A stretch of 57,204 bases of DNA, filler included, from Stramenopiles sp. TOSAG23-3 (Eukaryota): assembly GCA_900128585.1 (NCBI GenBank). It is 3 parts of 3 records of this genome, joined end to end, with 100 filler letters (N's around TTAATTAATTAA, not from the genome) between each part and the next. Parts side by side here need not be neighbours in the genome. Positions count along the whole stretch, not along the records: positions 1 to 19,040 come from LT642410.1; 2 more parts are not named here. The stretch is one strand, 5' to 3'. The translations under genes and the position numbers were made by a program. Shown here in pieces: positions 1 through 10,708 of the stretch. The notes beneath the pieces were generated by a model. The model saw nothing but the letters and a program-made list of their open reading frames with translations, had not been told where the DNA came from and searched no databases. Each line of letters begins with the position of its first letter. The first letter of the stretch is position 1.

Positions 1-99
1 ATTATTAAATCTATAAGGACATGTATACATATCCAAATGCGGAAGAAGAGAACGACTGACGACTGACTTCTTTCTATAATAAAATGGTGAACAACTCTC

Positions 100-100
100 T

Positions 101-152
<52 letters not shown>
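100..152. repeat. (CTTT)n microsatellite
   Basis: Uninterrupted TCTT/CTTT tandem run read directly. Confidence 0.95.
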
Positions 153-538
153 ATTTATATATTATCTATTATCCGTTATACATTTTTAGATAATTAATAA
201 ATACATGGTCATAGTAGTCTTATACATTATGATTTATGTTATTATTAGATAATATTATATGATGATGATGATGCTATTTCCATATTTTATAAAATAAAAG
301 GAACAATACGAAGAAATATTGCGCACACCACCACACACCTCCTAACTTAAAATCGAAGACAACTGGTATGATGATGGTGCGTCAGTGTGCCACCAGTATC
401 ATTTTAATATAATATATGTTTTTTTTTTCATTAATTAAAATTAATATGTACTGCGAACTGAACTCTAAAAACTTAAAGAGTATAATATGTTTGATTTTTC
501 TACATTAAAAATAGACAACCGATGATCAATGATTTATG

Positions 539-1930
539 TTAGTAGATACTGTCCCGCCCACCGAAAAAGAATACGGGCAAGTCCTTCGCAGGACCGTTGC
601 TACCAGCGACCGGCGTGGTGGTGGGGAAGTAGTCCCCACTCGGTCTCACGGGAGAGCCGAACAGTCCCCCGTCGACAACACTAGAGTTGGTTTGAAGCTT
701 CAGCCTTGGGGACTTTTCTTGGGCGTCGGGGACGTTAAACTTTTGGCCGCAGATGTCCAGGCCGCCGATGGAAATTGCATTTTTTGCCGACCAAGTTAAA
801 AATTTCTTCTTCTGGCCCTCCTGGCACAGGGTCGACAGTTGTGCGTTCATGTTATCTACGACGGGGAGATCCTTGAGCCCCTGCTCTATGCACAGGTACA
901 AACACTGTTTCAGGTAAACGGACAGGGTGAATTCATGGGTCGCGCCAGAGGCGAGCTCAATGCCGTTCATTTTTTTCAACTGCTCCTCCGTCAGCCCAAC
1001 TTTGGTGACCATGTCTGCCCGCAACCGCTCCATTTTCTCTAGTTTGTCGGGGGTGTACCCTAGCGCGGCGCAGTTTGCCTCGGACGTGCTCCTGGAGCCG
1101 CCGGCCCAGCCCAGCAGGGACATTCGCAGGGTGTTGCTCGCGAGCCCGTCGATGTGGGCCCGGATCCCTTTGACGAGCTGCGCGATCGTGGTCTTCCGCG
1201 ACTCCTCGTCCATGAATTCGGGGTGGTTCATGTCTACGCCTAAACTATTTATGTTCAATTTCTCGTGGTCCGTCCAATCCAGGCCCTTGATAGCCTCGAT
1301 CTGCTGCTCCAGCTTCTTCACCTTTACTTCTAAAATGTCCGCCATCAGACGCTTTCGCTGTCGCCTGAGCCGCGCGGACGCTCTATTCCTCGCCAACCGA
1401 CGACTCTTTCGCTCGTCCTCCGTCTGGAGGCCCTCGTACACGTCCAGGAATTCAGGGCAGGACACGATCCGCTTCAGCTTCTTCGCGTCAAAGGCCGGAA
1501 TGTTCCCCATGGTGCTGTCAGAAATTGGCACCGTCAAGTGCCGGCGTGGCTCGTTCGACGCGGCGCCCACCACGAGGTCCTCCTCCTCCCCCTCTTCCGC
1601 CAATGCCGCCAGGTCGGGGCAGGACTGCGCCGAACGCTTCAGGCCTTTCCTGAGCGGCGGGCGGCGAATCTTGTCGACCGCCCGTTCTGCCGCAAGTCTC
1701 GACAGCGTCGCCTCGTCGAACTGGACTTTTGCCGTCTCCGTCCTGGACGGAGAGTTCCCCGCCGTCGCAAGGGTAAGCCCAGCCAGGTCGGGCGTGCTCG
1801 TTGACTTCTTCAGTATTCCGCCCGTCGAGTACGCATCTGGTGTTTTCAGACGTTTCGTGGACGCCGCGCGCTGAAAGTCCTGGTACTCTTCTCCCGCAGG
1901 AAGGGCTATGCCCCCGTTCGCAAACTGCAT
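539..1930 (-). CDS. bZIP transcription factor
   Basis: Basic region RKSRRLARNRASARLRRQRKR followed by a leucine-zipper-like heptad (ILEVKVKKLEQQIEAI). First in-frame ATG (MQFANGG) at 1930; the ORF track begins at a GTG at 2047. Confidence 0.85.
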   Translation of the reverse strand: MQFANGGIALPAGEEYQDFQRAASTKRLKTPDAYSTGGILKKSTSTPDLAGLTLATAGNSPSRTETAKVQFDEATLSRLAAERAVDKIRRPPLRKGLKRSAQSCPDLAALAEEGEEEDLVVGAASNEPRRHLTVPISDSTMGNIPAFDAKKLKRIVSCPEFLDVYEGLQTEDERKSRRLARNRASARLRRQRKRLMADILEVKVKKLEQQIEAIKGLDWTDHEKLNINSLGVDMNHPEFMDEESRKTTIAQLVKGIRAHIDGLASNTLRMSLLGWAGGSRSTSEANCAALGYTPDKLEKMERLRADMVTKVGLTEEQLKKMNGIELASGATHEFTLSVYLKQCLYLCIEQGLKDLPVVDNMNAQLSTLCQEGQKKKFLTWSAKNAISIGGLDICGQKFNVPDAQEKSPRLKLQTNSSVVDGGLFGSPVRPSGDYFPTTTPVAGSNGPAKDLPVFFFGGRDSIY

Positions 1931-3098
1931 GGTGGAAGGAAGGAAGGGAGGGGAAGGGACAAACCGTTCAATTGCACAATGACGAAACCAATTTTCGATC
2001 GCTGTGTCGTCTGTGTGTATGTTTAACCTGTTTAGAAACAAACGCACACAAAGATTTTGTTTTGGTCGATAAAATCAACAATGGCATTAAATTCTTAAAT
2101 AATTTACATTTTATTATCTTCTATAAAAAATATTATTAATTTATTATTTATTATAAAAATAATAAAATTATATTATTATTTTATTCCATGTTCTGTTGTT
2201 GTTGTTCTTCTGTTTATTAATATTTTTATTACTATTTGTTTTTTTTTTAATAATAATAATATTTTACCAAGGTATTATAAGGCAGTAGCATTACATTTTT
2301 TTTTGTTGATTAAAAATACCTTCTTGAATGGATATTATACAACAACACAACGAGTGCATTGAAAAATACTTCTAAGAAGAAATTGAACCATAAGATTTAA
2401 CATAGGAATAATAAGGAAAAGTTAAAAAACAAAATGTTCTCCTCACTATAGCCCCTTAGTTCCCTCGTAGCTCTTCGCAAAAAAAGAAAAGAAAAGTGAA
2501 AGAATACAAATTATACCTATTTAAATACTAATTAAATACAAATAAAGGTTCTATTACTATAGTGATACCTACGAGGAATAATAGAATAAGAGAGAGAGAC
2601 GATTAGGAAACCACAATTTTCTAAACAGGGACATAGTAGAACAAAGACACAATACTTAAAAATAATATATTTTAACCAAAACACAAAACACAAAACACAG
2701 CCCCTCTTCATTATTCATGTTAAATAATAGGGTTATTAATTGGGTAATAAATAATTATTATTTGTTTCTTCAATAAAAAAGAAGTTGTTGAATTATAAAT
2801 TATAAATTTTAAATAATTTAAAAAAACGTTACAAATTAATTTATTCATCAGCCCGCGCGGTACGGTGGTGTGTAGTAGTAGTAAGAAAAGTAACGAAAGA
2901 AACAAAAACAAAAAATAAACCATCATTATCAAAATAATGAATATATAATGTACAGTATATATGTACGTATATGTATAAAAACGAGTGCATTTTAGTCAAT
3001 GGAAGGTAAATAGTAATCCCGACACTTAAGAGTTCAGCAATATAAGTTGAACGATTGAGAACTCCAATACTACACCATAATTCGATTGAATATACCAT

Positions 3099-4619
3099 AT
3101 GGGAGGCGGGGCATCTGTTGCACAGCAAGAGGCTGCACGGCCGGGCGATGGTTCGGACATAACAACGGCAAAAGGTTATGTCCAAGAAGTACAGCGGTTG
3201 CGTTCTATGATTCGCTCGATAAATGATTTGCCACCGGGATGGGTTGCGTACGAGCAGGAAGACGGGAACATGTACTACTACCATGAAGATTCTGGGGCGG
3301 TCCAGTGGCAGCACCCATCCGAGGAAACGGTTGCAAGCGCAGCGGAAGCGTGCGACAAGACACCATCCCAGGAAGAGATTGGAAAATCGTTTCATGTGTT
3401 CCACACGCGGATGAGGGCGGCTGCAGAGCATGTGGTCTCCACGCTGATCGAGGAGGAAGTGAGGTACGAGCATGAAATCAACGTCGAGATGCTACAATAC
3501 ATACAGTCGATGAGGGAACAGTTGATGAATTTGAAAGGTCATAGCCAGTCCACCTCGGCCGAGGCTGCAAGAGAGAGGTGCGATGAGGAGCAGATGGAGG
3601 CAGAGTACAACGCCGTTGAAATGGCCAAGATTCAGCACTCGGAAAAAGAATCCAATCACAGCAAGCTAATGGCAAAGCTGGAGAAGAAGCGGAAAGAAAA
3701 GCGGCGGAGGTTGCAAGAAAAGAGACGTGCCAACCACTCCGCAATCGAAAGGATCGAAAACACATTTCAGACAGAAATTACGCAAAGTGCGTCCAATTAC
3801 GAGGCGGCTGCATCCGCCGACCCAACAGACGATGCTGCCTGGGTCGAGGTCCTGGACGACGCTACCGGAAAAGTCTACTGGTGGCACCCTACCAAAGGTT
3901 CGGCATGGGAAAAGCCCGTCGATGCACAGGACTCAATCTTGAGAAAGGTCTCAACCGAAGCGAAGCCCGAGAAGGGTGCAGAAATCAATGTGGACATAAA
4001 AACGTTCACTGTGGAATGGCTGAACAGGCACGCAGTAAAGGTCGAGCGAGTGAAAAACCAAGCGCTGTGGGAGAAAGCTTTGGCGTTGGAGGAGGAGCTT
4101 GCCCAGGAACGAGAAAAGCACCATCAAGAAGATATTACAGCATCAGACACCGTGGAAGACTTTGTGAATTTACAGAATCAGGACGTTGCCAGCCTGGAAC
4201 AGCAGAGTGTGGAACAAGCTCCCCCTGCCGCCGAGGAGACTGCCTCACCGACGGAGTCCACGGCCATGGATTACAACGCAGCTTCGGAGGAGGGGCAGAA
4301 GGTTGCGGAAGAAGAGCAAGTGGCGGGGACTACAGAACCCATTCACACCCTTCAAACCGTTCAAATATTATTTCAAGACGGACCCCTTGGCCTGGAACTT
4401 GTCGATCGGAAGCATGGGGGGGTAATCGTAAAGACCGTAACAAAAGGTTACCAAGCGGCCAAAACTAGAATAATACGACGAAGCTTCGGGATTTACAAGA
4501 TTAATGAAGTTGACTATTCTCAGTCCGACTTGAAGAGCGTCATGGAAGCCCTGCGATCATCGTCTCGTCCCCTTACCATTGTCTTCACTTTGCCCGGTGA
4601 ATTAAACTTCCTTAATTAA
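3099..4619 (+). CDS. WW-domain (x2), coiled-coil and C-terminal PDZ-like protein, possibly N-myristoylated
   Basis: MGGGAS start; WW motifs LPPGWVAYEQEDGNMYYYHEDSGAVQWQHP and AWVEVLDDATGKVYWWHPTKGSAWEKP; C-terminal FQDGPLGLELV...SSRPLTIVF is PDZ-like. Confidence 0.8.
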   Translation: MGGGASVAQQEAARPGDGSDITTAKGYVQEVQRLRSMIRSINDLPPGWVAYEQEDGNMYYYHEDSGAVQWQHPSEETVASAAEACDKTPSQEEIGKSFHVFHTRMRAAAEHVVSTLIEEEVRYEHEINVEMLQYIQSMREQLMNLKGHSQSTSAEAARERCDEEQMEAEYNAVEMAKIQHSEKESNHSKLMAKLEKKRKEKRRRLQEKRRANHSAIERIENTFQTEITQSASNYEAAASADPTDDAAWVEVLDDATGKVYWWHPTKGSAWEKPVDAQDSILRKVSTEAKPEKGAEINVDIKTFTVEWLNRHAVKVERVKNQALWEKALALEEELAQEREKHHQEDITASDTVEDFVNLQNQDVASLEQQSVEQAPPAAEETASPTESTAMDYNAASEEGQKVAEEEQVAGTTEPIHTLQTVQILFQDGPLGLELVDRKHGGVIVKTVTKGYQAAKTRIIRRSFGIYKINEVDYSQSDLKSVMEALRSSSRPLTIVFTLPGELNFLN

Positions 4620-4795
4620 GAGATCCAAAACAAGTATTAAATATTCAGCCGGTGAACCTTTCTTATTTTTAGTAACATTATTTCTTGGACTATCATAACT
4701 TTCCATTTTTTCCATCTTTCCCTTTTTTTACTAACAACAAAATATTTAAGTGTGACGTTGTAGTTTTCTTTTTTACAATATGTATATATAAAATA

Positions 4796-4845
4796 TAAAA
4801 AACAAGAAAATTGGCTGTTGTTATATTTAAGTAATTAAATTTAGC
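4796..4845 (+). repeat. Copy of dispersed 30-bp element with 3' extension
   Basis: TAAAAAACAAGAAAATTGGCTGTTGTTATATTTAAGTAATTAAATTTAGC; the extension matches the reverse complement of about 15640-15684. Confidence 0.85.
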
Positions 4846-5135
4846 GTCCTCATACCCTAATCCTAACTTGGTTCTGTAGTTTTGTTTCATTGTTGGTTAA
4901 CCAGGAAGAACGAGAAGAAGAAGAAGAATTCTTCTTGAAGGAAAAAAAAGAAGAAGAAGAAGGAAAAAAATGACAACAACACAAAGGAAAAACAACAACA
5001 AAACACAATGAATGAGGTCTGTTAGTTTGTTTAAAAAGAAAAGAGTGATTTCTTGATCGATAATATTCAGCACTGTCTCGAAGAAACCAAACTTGACCCC
5101 TCTCCCAACATCCTCCTCTCTTGTTGAGAAAGTGT

Positions 5136-8100
5136 ATGAAATCGACCATGGCAAGAATACAAAATGGTGCAGGCGTGCAGCTGCCGGAATGTTGTTCCTG
5201 TCACTGGCAAGTTCGGCATCCTGGGCTTATGGCGGGGGAAGCGGAGTTGGCGAAACTGAAGGCCCGCTTTAAATCTGAATTTCACAAATTGCAACACATG
5301 CAACAGTTTGTATGTCCGTTTTGTACAATAAGTCGCTGGAAAACACTCAATCAGAGTGTTAAAAAGAAAAGACTGAGGGAATTGATAGAGTTACAAAGAA
5401 CTTACCCGGTAGGCCAAGTGTTTGTTCATCCAGGTACGCACTGGTACCCTCCTCTGCGGCCGCCGAAATCGGGTTTATGGACCCCGGATGCACCCGAGAA
5501 ATCACAGGACTCACTTGAACCAAAAGTTGAACATCTCAGTAGGGAAGAGCCATCGTCAACTCCGCTCAGACCAGAACTGAAACTTGTGACTGACTGGAGT
5601 CGGGAGTCGCCCCCCCCAGAAATGTCTGCCTCGATTCGAAGGCGCCTCTTGAACGTCGCGTTACTGGACACGTCCATGTTGCGGGATATTATGCTGCCGA
5701 AGCACGGGGCGACACTATCGCAGTCTTTTTGCAATTTTGGAAACTTTGGTTTTATGGAGGGGCCAAGGACCGGTGTGCTCGGAACTGTCCAGGTGCAACT
5801 GCGGGTCGATTATGAAAACAATGAAAAATCATCGTATTGGTTGACTGGGATTGTCAATACATCTGTATCCAAAAAGGCCAGTGCACCTGTGTTTTCCCAT
5901 AAACCGACGTCGGGGAAGGGGAAACATTCTTTCCCAGTGCTCCTGCAGAGTTCTTACGATATAGAGGTAGTGCTTCACAGCACACCTGGGTTCTCTGGCA
6001 TATGCCACTCGTGGCTCTTCCTCTCAATATGCAGAGTCGATTGCACGGCGGTTGGAGTCCAACAGACAAACTTTGTTGTGGGTGCCCTTTGCGCAGCGCA
6101 TTTTGACGAGTCAAGAGTTGAAAAGAGCAAGGAAGGCAGTGAGCCCAAGGCAGAAAAGACGAAGCTGAATTATAGGGCATGCGAATACGTTCCCCTGTCG
6201 CTCCGGAGCATATTTTCACACTCTCCCACATCCTTGGACGACATGATATGCCACGAAAACAACGCTCATTTTCCCTTTCGAGCTTCTCGCCTGGTTTTTT
6301 TGAAAACAAATCTGGCCAAATGCTACAATCAACTTTTGGGCATGAATTCCAGGGACATCGGCAACGAACTAGTTTGGCCGAACAAAGATTGGGCTGATTC
6401 AGCACTCAGTCCAGAAACTCGAAGGTACAGCCTTTACGACGAGCTGCTGCTGGCAGGTCCACAGGCCCACAAGTTCGCCCGCCAAAAGCAGGACGTGATA
6501 ACTCGACACCACTACTTACGGCATTGGTGGGTCTTGCTGAACATCGAAGAGAATCGACATGTTGGGGATTTGAAGTCACTCGACGTGCACAACACATCTT
6601 TTCGTATGAACACGCGGTACCCTGGCGAAAAGGTTCGTGTTGCTGTCAACATACCTGGTGTGGACGAGAAACGGCCAAATTTGACGTACGGGATGGCCAT
6701 TAATTTAAGGGTAACGAAGAATGACAATGGGAAAAGCAGCACATTTGAAATGATGGGGTACGTCGCAGACCGTCGAGGGACAAACGTGCAAATAGATCTG
6801 TCCTCGCGTTCAATGATGGAGTGCGCGGCAGCAACTGGGGCGGCCTCGCTGGAAGCGTTTTTAACGCAAACCATTTTCCACTTGCGATTTACGCACCAAA
6901 AAGACTATTTCCAAGCAATGCGCTTAGCATTGCTCTTTCTTCATACCGACCACCGCACACTTTTTCCGACACGGAACTCTTTGAAAAGATCCGCCAACAA
7001 GCGGCCAAATGCAATAGTCGACGCTGTCGTAAACAAACTTACCGATTCTGCTGCATGGGTTGATAACCAAGTGAACGGGGAGCAGAGAGTAGCAGTAGGC
7101 ACAATTCTCAGTGGGGAATGTGGGTTTGCACCAATTGTTATCCATGGCCCGCCCGGAACTGGGAAAACTAAGACCGTGGTGGAAGCAGTAAATCAAATCG
7201 TTCGCGCAGATTTTGCTTTGAACGCCTACGCACACCGAAAAATTCTCTTGACTGCCCCAAGCGATATTGCATGCGACATCATCTGTTCACGTCTCTCAGC
7301 ATCCCTGGGCACTAACGAAATGCACAGAATGAACTTGCCACAAAGAAAAGTAAACGAAGTCGTAGAAATGGCGATACTACCATACTGCAACCTTGGGCAG
7401 ACGGGCGAATTCCAACTAAGTGATATCGATTCGTTGAAATCCTACCGAGTCATTGTGTGCACTTGCGCTGCTTCGGCATTGCTGCTTGGTTATCTTCCAG
7501 AATCCGCCGAACCGTGGGGAAGCAGTGAACTGTCAGATCAACCGTTATCGCGCATTAGCATTGCCAACCACTTTCAATATATTTTCATCGATGAAGCTGG
7601 CCAAGCGCTTGAGCCAGAAGTGCTGATTCCGATCACAGTTGGGCGCATTGGCGGTAGCAACGCCACTGTTGTTATGTCAGGGGACCCAAACCAATTAGAA
7701 GCTTCGGTGCGGTCCCCAGTAGCAAACAGTTTCGGTTTCGGCACCTCGTGCATGGAACGGCTGATGAAGCTTCCATTGTATAGTCCAAGTGCAGGAAAGA
7801 GCACATCTCCCTTTGTCTTTGTACGACTAATGGAAAACTATCGCTCTCACGTTGACATTCTCAAGTTTTCGGCCAGGGTCTTTTACGAGGATAGGATGGT
7901 CGCACGATGCGAACTGTCAAAGGCCAACCAGTTCTTAAATTGGGGACCCATTCCGAGAAAGGCCAGCGGGCAGCCATTCCCATTGGTTTTGCACAGCGTA
8001 GAGGGCTCTGAAGTCCTAGACATGGGATCAACCTCCCTGTATAATTTTGAAGAGGCAAACGCAGTCGTGGAGATAATTGAGGGGCTTCTTGCTGCTACAG

Positions 8101-8690
8101 AAATCAAGTGCAACACAGGCATGATCTCTGTCCTTGCTGCCTACTGGCAGCAGGTCCGGCTCATTCGAAAACAATTGCGCAAGAAGGAGTTGGGAAATGT
8201 TCGTGTTGGCGTCGTCGATGACTACCAAGGCCAGGAAGCCCCCATAACGATTCTTTCGTGTGTCTTGACACATCCCCAGCAGCAGATAAGCGAAAACGTA
8301 AGCCCGTTGACTGGTCTACTAGGGTGTCCGAAGCGTACTAATGTTGCATTGACGCGAGCTATGGGTTTGAGCATTGTGGTCGCCTCCCCCGAATTTTTGA
8401 GAAATGACGTGTATTTTGCCAGGCTTGCAAAGTACTGCTTGTTGAACAACGCATTGATTGGAAAATCCCCGTTTTCTCCGGACTCGGCAAACGGCGCGGA
8501 AGACATGAAGAGCAGCGAGTCCCCGGAAGACAGCAACCTCCTTACCGCGTGGAATTTCATGGAGCATTATGCAACAATGAGCCTCAAAAGTATGCGTTTG
8601 TTTTCAGAAAGTAACACCAGCGGGGCAGATGTGACATCTGTGGATGCGTTCTACAAGGAGGATACCCCATTCTTCGGGAATTCGCTGTAG
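5136..8690 (+). CDS. Superfamily-1 (UPF1-like) RNA helicase, MOV10/SDE3/Armitage type
   Basis: Walker A HGPPGTGKTKT, DEAGQA, GDPNQL, ENYRSH, VDDYQGQE, KRTNVALTRA; upstream LLNIEE and IPGVDEKRP segments typical of MOV10/SDE3. First ATG at 5136. Confidence 0.85.
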   Translation: MKSTMARIQNGAGVQLPECCSCHWQVRHPGLMAGEAELAKLKARFKSEFHKLQHMQQFVCPFCTISRWKTLNQSVKKKRLRELIELQRTYPVGQVFVHPGTHWYPPLRPPKSGLWTPDAPEKSQDSLEPKVEHLSREEPSSTPLRPELKLVTDWSRESPPPEMSASIRRRLLNVALLDTSMLRDIMLPKHGATLSQSFCNFGNFGFMEGPRTGVLGTVQVQLRVDYENNEKSSYWLTGIVNTSVSKKASAPVFSHKPTSGKGKHSFPVLLQSSYDIEVVLHSTPGFSGICHSWLFLSICRVDCTAVGVQQTNFVVGALCAAHFDESRVEKSKEGSEPKAEKTKLNYRACEYVPLSLRSIFSHSPTSLDDMICHENNAHFPFRASRLVFLKTNLAKCYNQLLGMNSRDIGNELVWPNKDWADSALSPETRRYSLYDELLLAGPQAHKFARQKQDVITRHHYLRHWWVLLNIEENRHVGDLKSLDVHNTSFRMNTRYPGEKVRVAVNIPGVDEKRPNLTYGMAINLRVTKNDNGKSSTFEMMGYVADRRGTNVQIDLSSRSMMECAAATGAASLEAFLTQTIFHLRFTHQKDYFQAMRLALLFLHTDHRTLFPTRNSLKRSANKRPNAIVDAVVNKLTDSAAWVDNQVNGEQRVAVGTILSGECGFAPIVIHGPPGTGKTKTVVEAVNQIVRADFALNAYAHRKILLTAPSDIACDIICSRLSASLGTNEMHRMNLPQRKVNEVVEMAILPYCNLGQTGEFQLSDIDSLKSYRVIVCTCAASALLLGYLPESAEPWGSSELSDQPLSRISIANHFQYIFIDEAGQALEPEVLIPITVGRIGGSNATVVMSGDPNQLEASVRSPVANSFGFGTSCMERLMKLPLYSPSAGKSTSPFVFVRLMENYRSHVDILKFSARVFYEDRMVARCELSKANQFLNWGPIPRKASGQPFPLVLHSVEGSEVLDMGSTSLYNFEEANAVVEIIEGLLAATEIKCNTGMISVLAAYWQQVRLIRKQLRKKELGNVRVGVVDDYQGQEAPITILSCVLTHPQQQISENVSPLTGLLGCPKRTNVALTRAMGLSIVVASPEFLRNDVYFARLAKYCLLNNALIGKSPFSPDSANGAEDMKSSESPEDSNLLTAWNFMEHYATMSLKSMRLFSESNTSGADVTSVDAFYKEDTPFFGNSL

Positions 8691-8750
8691 TGTGAAAAAA
8701 ATATTTCTCTCCTGTGTACGTAGAGTATTACAGTAATAAAATATATTAAG

Positions 8751-8780
8751 TTAAATAACAGCCAATTTTCTTGTTTTTAA
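8751..8780 (-). repeat. Perfect copy of dispersed 30-bp element
   Basis: TTAAATAACAGCCAATTTTCTTGTTTTTAA, identical to 15655-15684, 60 bp after the helicase stop. Confidence 0.95.
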
Positions 8781-9392
8781 GTTATTTTTTGCTTTAAATA
8801 TTATTATATTAGACTACCTCTTCTCTTCTCTCTATTATGACTATTATTTATATAATAATAAATTAAGACGCGACACGCGACTCTTTCATTTTAGTATCCA
8901 TCCTCCTCCCTCCTCATTCCTCATCCTATTTTTTTTTCTAGACGACTATAAATAGGAACTCGTACTAATAAACTACGAAACAACTGTTGAAGCACAAAAT
9001 CAACCACAACACAACAAAGGACAAAGGCTCCGAGCTCCGACCTTTTCTTTCATCAACATTTTGACGATCAAGTCAGCACCTTTTTTTTAGCACCGGTATT
9101 ATTTTTTTAAAGAATATTATATAAATAATATGTCGTCGCGTTAAGTAGCGTTAATTTCTTCACGACGGAGGACTGACGCGACTGCTGACGAAGTTTAAAC
9201 AACAAAGACAATAATAATAAATACAACTCGTAAGGAATAATGAAAAACAAAAACAAATACAAGATTCGTTTATTGATAACCATCGATCCATTGAAAACGA
9301 GAAATAGTCTGATTTGAATTTAGGTTGTGAAGATATTATACCAACTTGATAATTGTATATCTACCCCTTAAGCAAGAAACGGAAAGAAGACG

Positions 9393-10505
9393 ATGGCGTC
9401 CCTAATTTTAGCGAAGCCACCTCCGAATGGAATAAGTGGTATGTTTGAGTTCTGTATTGGATGCGAATCGCTTGAAGAGTTGCAGGCGCAGGAGACATAC
9501 TGGGGCCTTTTTGGTTTCCGTGTAAAAATCGAAGAGACCGAAGAAGGGACCTTATCGGCGGAAGATAGCCAGAAACTTTACGGTGTGAACTCACGGCTTG
9601 TCAGCAAGCGCCTTTTCCACATGGGTGGAGCGGACCACGGACTGGTTCGGCTCATGCACTTCTCTGACGTTGAGGCAAAACCTAGCGTTGCGGCGGAGCT
9701 GAAAAATTTACGGGTCAAGGGAGCCAGGTGGGGCGCCCAGCTGACTTCCGATGTTTATAACGTCTTGAACCACGCGGAAGATGTAAAGGCTGCGGGGGCG
9801 CCGATCCACTGGAAAGGACCCCACCGGTCGACTGTTTACTCTTCTCTGAAGGGGGACGGGACAGTCACCGCCGACGAATGCTGGAGAGCAACGTCTGCCT
9901 GTGTCAGAGAGTGCGTCGTTTTTCAGCCGATGGCGGTGCAAAACTTTTACCAGCGCTACGAGTACACGATACCAAAGTATGGCAAAGTGGACGAATCGTC
10001 CAAATACAAATGCTCGCAAATTACCCATTTTGGACTGATCGCACAAGGAGGATATGAGACTGTTGCGTTTTACGAGGAAACCCTTGGCCTGTTAAAAACA
10101 ACCGAGGGTGAAGGAAAGCTGTACACGTTTGATAGCGCGGAGGAAGGCGACCGTGATATTCTAGGGCTCGATCAAGAGGGTGACTGCTTTTACACGACCA
10201 ATGTGGATTGCCCAGAATCATCTACAAACGTGATGGATTACGTCTCTGGACGACTGCACATTTTGCGGTACAAAGAAGGAATGCCGAGTCAAATTCCCGA
10301 CAAGCTCGAAATATCTCGACCAGGTTGCCGTGGGCCGTGCAATTATACTCTGCGAGTTGACGATATTTCTAGATACCATGCTAAGATTGGTAGCGCCAAG
10401 GGAGTTACCGAAATGACACCTATCATGTCAAATGAGTTTGGGGAACAGTCGTTTAGTTTACTTGCACCAGACGGGTACTTTTGGACTATCCTCCAGACAA
10501 ACTAA
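9393..10505 (+). CDS. VOC (glyoxalase/bleomycin-resistance/dioxygenase fold) family protein, bacterial-type
   Basis: GISGMFEFCIG, LYGVNSRL, ADHGLVRLM, QITHFGLI, YTLRVDDI and terminal NEFGEQSFSLLAPDGYFW resemble tandem VOC modules (recognised from memory, not searched). Confidence 0.65.
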   Translation: MASLILAKPPPNGISGMFEFCIGCESLEELQAQETYWGLFGFRVKIEETEEGTLSAEDSQKLYGVNSRLVSKRLFHMGGADHGLVRLMHFSDVEAKPSVAAELKNLRVKGARWGAQLTSDVYNVLNHAEDVKAAGAPIHWKGPHRSTVYSSLKGDGTVTADECWRATSACVRECVVFQPMAVQNFYQRYEYTIPKYGKVDESSKYKCSQITHFGLIAQGGYETVAFYEETLGLLKTTEGEGKLYTFDSAEEGDRDILGLDQEGDCFYTTNVDCPESSTNVMDYVSGRLHILRYKEGMPSQIPDKLEISRPGCRGPCNYTLRVDDISRYHAKIGSAKGVTEMTPIMSNEFGEQSFSLLAPDGYFWTILQTN

Positions 10506-10567
10506 ATTAAATATCATATATATGATATGATAACAGCATTAAATTAACACGACCTTTGGCCATAAAT

Positions 10568-10708
10568 TTAATTCAACTCCATATATATTTCGCCACCTTG
10601 TACTTCGGAATATTCTTCAGCGCTTTCTTCTGGGCCAGCGTTTTTGCACGTCAATATTCCTTTCAATACAATTTTAATATCATTCCATGATTCCCATAAC
10701 GGCAAGGC
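10568..10708 (-). pseudogene. DUR3: DUR3 urea transporter C-terminal tail, on the strand opposite its middle part
   Basis: Reverse strand translates ALPLWESWNDIKIVLKGILTCKNAGPEESAEEYSEVQGGEIYMELN*; LPLWES is the motif after the last TM of DUR3. Not in the ORF track. Confidence 0.8.

Noticed and set aside
53-68. Recurrent CGACTGAC motif (also near 9171, 12951, 48361)
   Set aside because: Too short and inconsistently placed to call a regulatory site without statistics.
927-1874. 315-aa + strand ORF
   Set aside because: Antisense shadow of the bZIP gene.
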